A stretch of DNA of 64,000 bases from Eledone cirrhosa (Eukaryota), in contig OZ024743.1 of the NCBI GenBank assembly GCA_964016885.1, forward strand, positions 124,186,001-124,250,000, given 5' to 3'. The translations under genes and the position numbers were made by a program. The notes under the pieces are model-generated. The model did no database searches and was not told the origin of the DNA. It saw nothing but the letters and a program-made list of their open reading frames with translations. How positions within the stretch are numbered: position 1 is the stretch's first letter; each line of letters begins with the position of its first letter. Shown here one piece after another: positions 59,001 to 64,000 of this stretch.

Positions 59001-61318
59001 TCACTAGTTTGTGATCTGAATAGGCAACCATGAACATTAGTGGACAGCTTAACATGTCCATATCCTTATTTCTAACTAGAACCTTATCTAGGTACGATCT
59101 AGATGTTCCGCTCCGATTAGTCCACGTCCACAGTGGCGCAGTCGGAAAATCTAGTCGATATCTATCGGCCAGGTCAAATCGGCCGATTAACTGTTTGAGG
59201 ATGTTACACCCCCCTTTATCGGGACATGCTCCCACATAGTCCCAACGTGCATCTAGGATTCCATTCCAGTCCCCCACTAAAAGCAAGGAGCGGGACGTTC
59301 CCAGAAAAGTCTCTAGACGTTTGAAGAAGTCTGGCCGCGGTGTCCCGGATGGGGCATATGCAGCCACCAGCCTGAAGGCTCCACCTTCACTACCGTCAAC
59401 GTCTAGGACCACCAGTCGACCCTCCGAGTCTAGATGTACCGTCTGTGTTACGAGGTCCAGGTGTTTCCGCAGCAAAACGGCAACCCCGCCCCCACCCTCC
59501 ACCCCCCCGGCGGCTGACAGAGAGATGGGGCCCAACTGTCGCTCGCTGTGGATCCTGGACTCGCAAATGGCTACTACATCCATACTGTGCGACCTGAGGT
59601 CGATTAAGAGTTTGCCCTGTTTCCAGGGCATCCCCAGGCCGCGTACATTCACACACCCAACTCTTATATTGGCCATGTTGGTTCTGAAAAGTTAAAAGAG
59701 AAGAAAACACTCACCTATTCGTCTCCCGGGGATCAGGCCACACGGTTTCCATGGTGGTGTTAGAGGAGTTGTCTGGGTGGGTGGTGGTTTCTGGCGGGGT
59801 GGGGACGGAGATGTTTGGTGGGGTGGGGATGTCTGGGGTGGGGGTGTCTGGGATGAGGGTGGGGAAACTTTTTAAAAGGACGCGGTTAATGGGTTTAACA
59901 CAAGGAATACCCACGTCCTTAGGAAAGTTTTCCTTTAAAGACTTATAGGTGTCCGTAGGGACCCTAATCATCTTTAAATTAGGTTTGTCTACACAGTTCG
60001 AAAAAGTTTTCCCTTCGGTTTTCACCAGGGTCCTTGGAGATGACCTCCATTAAAATTTTATTTTTACTGTTTATGTATGTGTAATGTTCTTGTTGTGTTG
60101 CGGTGGTTTTTGTCTGTTGTTCTTGTGGGAGCTTTCGTTTTGTTGTAGGTGTTTGTGTTTGGAGTGATGTGGTTTTGGTTTCGGGACGGGGGGTTTTTGT
60201 TTGTAATGTTTGTGTTGTTTGTGTTGGTGGTTGTATGTTTGTAGTGATGTTTGTTGTTTTTTCTTCTTTCTTTTCGAACAGAGAGGCTCTCCCTCATCAT
60301 CACTTGGTGATGATGTGGGGGCCTCGTCCGTTGTGGTGTCTGTGTTATTTGGAAGGGGTATGTTTTGGGGAGCTGTTGTGTTTGTGGGTGTTTTTGCAGT
60401 GGTTTTATGTGGAGTGGAGTTGGTTGGGACTGTGCTTGCAGGTTGGTTTGTTGTTCTTGTTTTGGTTGTGTTTGCGTGTTGTTGTTGTGGTGGTGGTTGT
60501 GTTGTCGTTTTGGGTGTTGGCAGTAGTGCCTCTTTTTTTTTTTTAGTTAACTGAGGACAGTAAGCCTTCTGGTGACCACTGCTTAAACAGTGTAGCATGA
60601 AGGCCGCCTACCCTCAACAGAAATGTTTATGTGTGAAATTCCATCCAGAGGCACACGTTGGGGTATTTTAGCTATCCGTTCTGGCCTCATTTGGACCAGA
60701 ACTTCCATGCTTGTACCATTGAATGTGCCTCTGGAGGACTTTCCCACCGAAATGATGGTGTCTTCGTCGAAATCGATGAAGCCAGTTAGAATCCACCAGA
60801 CGTTTACATTTGGTGCAATGTTCAAAATTTTTATTATTTGAGTTCTTTTTCCCACATATGTGGGGAAAAAGGTGTAAATGGGGGACACAATCGGCGATAC
60901 AGAATATTTTTGTGCTGTCAATTGGTCTTTCAACAACACCGAAATGCTTCCAAAAAGTTTCCCTTTTTGGATGAAGGCAATATCCTTCATGGAATTCTTC
61001 AGAACCAGTTCAATATCGTTTTGGGATAACTGAACTGGTTTTTTCGACACATTTGAAACCGTCCTAAAAATTACTGTTTTTAGAACAGTTTCTCTGCGTA
61101 ACTGTTGAGGAGAAGTGATGCTGAAAGCACCACTCTCACCAAAAGTTACGTACTGTTTTGCATCGCTTAACATTTCCTTAGCATTGGAAATGTCAAGGTA
61201 TGTGAACAGTTCCGTCTTTTGGACGGTTTAAGCAAAAGAAATCTTTTCCTTGTTCGTGAAGTTGTTCGTGTTGCTGTTGTTGGTGTTGTTGTTATCATTG
61301 TTGTTGGTGGTGGATAGA
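56070..61318 (-). mobile_element. Full-length but inactivated Tx1/L1-clade LINE
   Basis: ORF1 ~61173-59711 with a frameshifted CCHC knuckle. ORF2 from 59676 (APE: VNVRGL, GDWN, SYLDK, SDHK, GYWKLN; RT: LDQSKAFDRV, YADD). AATAAA just before the (TATC)n end. Confidence 0.9.
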
Positions 61319-61328
61319 ATGATAGAAT

Positions 61329-61390
<62 letters not shown>
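61319..61390. repeat. (GATA)n microsatellite separating two Tx1 copies
   Basis: Seen directly. Confidence 0.97.
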
Positions 61391-61391
<1 letters not shown>

Positions 61392-63890
61392 TTCTTTATT
61401 TACCATAAAGGCATAAAAAGAAGGGACAAATACAAAGGGGGAGTTTACATATAATCGAGTAAAAAGGGTGTAACATGAAAATAATCGAAAATAACCTCAA
61501 AAGGGAGGGGACGTGATGGGGGTTGCACACACCCCCGAAAAAGTGTGCAATCCTTTGCCCGGGGAGCACATGGAGAAGGTGCTCCCCTCTCCTTTACTTC
61601 TTTACCTACAGGATGGTATACAGAGAAGGCCCATTTACACGAGCCATTCTCGCCACTATCACCCACCTTTCATAAAACTGCCTGTGGCCAAGCACCTCTC
61701 TCTCCATTCTTATCCTTCTTCCGAAGTGATATCGGAAGAAGTAGACCAGACTATGGCCAGAGAGGAAGTTGCCTGACCTCAGACCTTTCAATCGTGTCCA
61801 CCAAACAACCTCTTTCAACATGGCTATTACGCACAGAAAAACCGCCTTTGCTTCCTTTGTGAAGAGGGGAGGCGGTTTGATTGTCATCACGGACTCGGCG
61901 GTCAATTTAATCGGCGCCACCCGCGACAGCAGTTGTTCGGCGTAGCCCCACAGATCAGCCACGCCAGGACATTGCACCAATGCATGCGCCACGGTTTCTT
62001 CGTGACGCACGCATCTAGGGCAAATCTTTTTTGAGGGATCCCTGCCCGGGCGCCCGTGTCTGTAGAGCCTCTCTCGAACGGGTAGAGCCCCTCGGTAGCA
62101 CTGCCAGGCCAGTGACTTCTGGAAGTTGTCCATTGGTCCTGGGCCGAAAGTCCTACCGAACAGGCTGGCCAGTTCGTCTTCTTCCATGTCCAGCGACTCT
62201 CCAAGGGTGTCATCGCCCCTGCTAGCCACCAGCCCTCTATAGAATGATGAGGTGGATTCTCCACCGATGGCCCGGCCCGCTTGCCAGAGAGCCCTGAGCG
62301 CCTGAGCACACTCAGTGTGCCAGTCTCCCAGTTTTCCGGATCTTTGCTTGACCCAGGACTGTAGCTCGGTGAGTGAGACGAGTCTCGGAAAGGCTCGTTT
62401 CACGAACGGAGCCCACACCGGTTGACCAGTGAGGAATACCTGTAGGTGCCGTAGCCTTAATGCGTGCCTACGCATCATCAACCACGGCATCCCCAGCCCT
62501 CCTTTCGAAGGTTGTTGGCAGCAGATGGATCTTCTCACCATAGGAGGACGCTTCTTCCAAAGAAATTGGAAGAGCATGCGTTCCATGGTGGTGAGTGTTT
62601 CCTTAGGGCAAGGCACGACAGTCAGGCGGTAGTAAGTGACGGACGCTATGTAAATGTTCGCCACCTCCGCCCGGCCTTTTAGGGACAGCTTACACTTGGC
62701 CCATTTCTGGGTTAGTGCAAACACCTTGTTCGTAACCTCGTTCCAGTTCTTTTCCACCTGGAGGTCCGGTCCAAACCAGACCCCAAGCAACTTTACCGGG
62801 CCCTCCGTCCAGTGTCCGACGACACCGTCAGGAGGCATCGGTTTGCCTCTCCACGTTCCGAGTTGCAGCCCGATGGATTTTTCCCGGTTCAGTTTCGCTC
62901 CTGACAACCTTTCGTACTCCTCCAGTAGGTACCGATCGCCTCGATCTCCGAGTCGGTTGATACCATTACTGTTACGTCATCGGCGTAGGCCGACACCGCT
63001 TTGCTCAATCCTGGTTCCAGGGGGATACCCTGCAACAACTCCAACTTCCTCAGTAAAGGCTCGAGAGTCAATACGTACAGAAGGGAGGAGAGAGGGCACC
63101 CCTGTCGAATGGATCGTGTGATTTCGAACGGCTTCGAAAGGTAGCCGTTCACCTTGATCCTAGAACAGATGTGGTTGCTATGTAGGGCAGTGATCCAGCC
63201 TCTGAAAACAGGACCGAACCCAGCCGCCGCTAGCACCGCATCCAGGTAACCATGGTCGACCCTATCGAAGGCCTTAGACTGATCCAAGTTGATCAGGGCC
63301 CCACCGAAGCCGGGTTTGTTGCCAACCCTCTCTATGATGTATCGCATGAGGTGGAGGTTATCGTGAATGGACCTGGATGGGATAGCACATGTCTGCGCAT
63401 CTCCCACCAGGCCACCCACGACAAGCGCCAACCTCTTTGCTAACACCTTGGCCAAAATCTTTAACTCTGTGTTTAGCAGGGTTATGGGCCGAAAATTATT
63501 TATACTATCCCCCTTGTTCTCGTCCTTCCTCACCAGCGTGACTACGCCCTTGGCTACAGAACAAGGAATTCTCCCGTTCTGCTGCCAATTGCAGTAGACC
63601 GCTTCGAGGAGTTCGGAGAAGAAGACCGGCATTGCTAAATAAAGTTCGTAAGGTATACCATCGAGACCTGGAGATTTGCGTCTGCTGCATTGGCTCAGCG
63701 CATCTCCGATCTCATCAGCCGAGATTGGTCCCTCGCAGGACTCTGCCTCTTTGTTCGAGAGACGCGGCAGGCCGTCGAGGTATGGACCGAAATCCACGCC
63801 CCGGCCCGGACCCTCGCCTCCCCCGAACAATCGGGCAAAGTGCTTTTGAAAGGCCTCGCACATCTGCTTAGGCTCCCGGATCACTCGTCC
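61391..63890 (-). mobile_element. 5'-truncated Tx1-like LINE (second subfamily)
   Basis: KSPGLDG, NFRPITLLN, RQGCPLS, AYADD motifs, and C-terminal CxxC..E...HA...C. One frameshift at ~62925. The 5' end abuts GATAGATAGATAG. Confidence 0.92.
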
Positions 63891-64000
63891 GATAGATAGA
63901 TAGAGACTGAGAGTTATTGAGAGTATGAGAATGTGAGAGAGAGAGAGGGGGGATAGACTGTCAGGCAGACAGTGGGAGACAGGAGACAGCAAATAACAGA

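Overview
Gene-free, repeat-saturated eukaryotic DNA, most likely cephalopod/Octopus (inferred from Nin-domain tRNA-SINEs and extreme (TA)n/(CATA)n content). No host gene is supported. Positions 1-50 kb are a nest of retroelements inserted in (TA)n microsatellites: several Penelope-like elements (PLEs; RT + GIY-YIG, including Naiad-type), RTE, CR1-like and a mariner remnant. Positions 50-64 kb hold an R2/Hero-like relic, SINEs and Tx1/L1-type LINEs bounded by (GATA)n. The hidden layer is catalytic RNA: about 28 type-I hammerhead ribozyme (HHR) motifs, read by eye, in roughly 11 sequence families. The main feature is a non-coding 310-bp tandem array (25906-29643; 12 apparently identical HHRs; polarity flips inside the ribozyme stem I) that looks like rolling-circle cDNA of a circular 'retrozyme' RNA. 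A second 469-bp HHR unit is fused directly to a Naiad PLE. Most HHR-bearing inserts share a tail-out fold-back architecture. All annotations were made by eye, coordinates are approximate to a few nt, and no database searches or folding programs were run.
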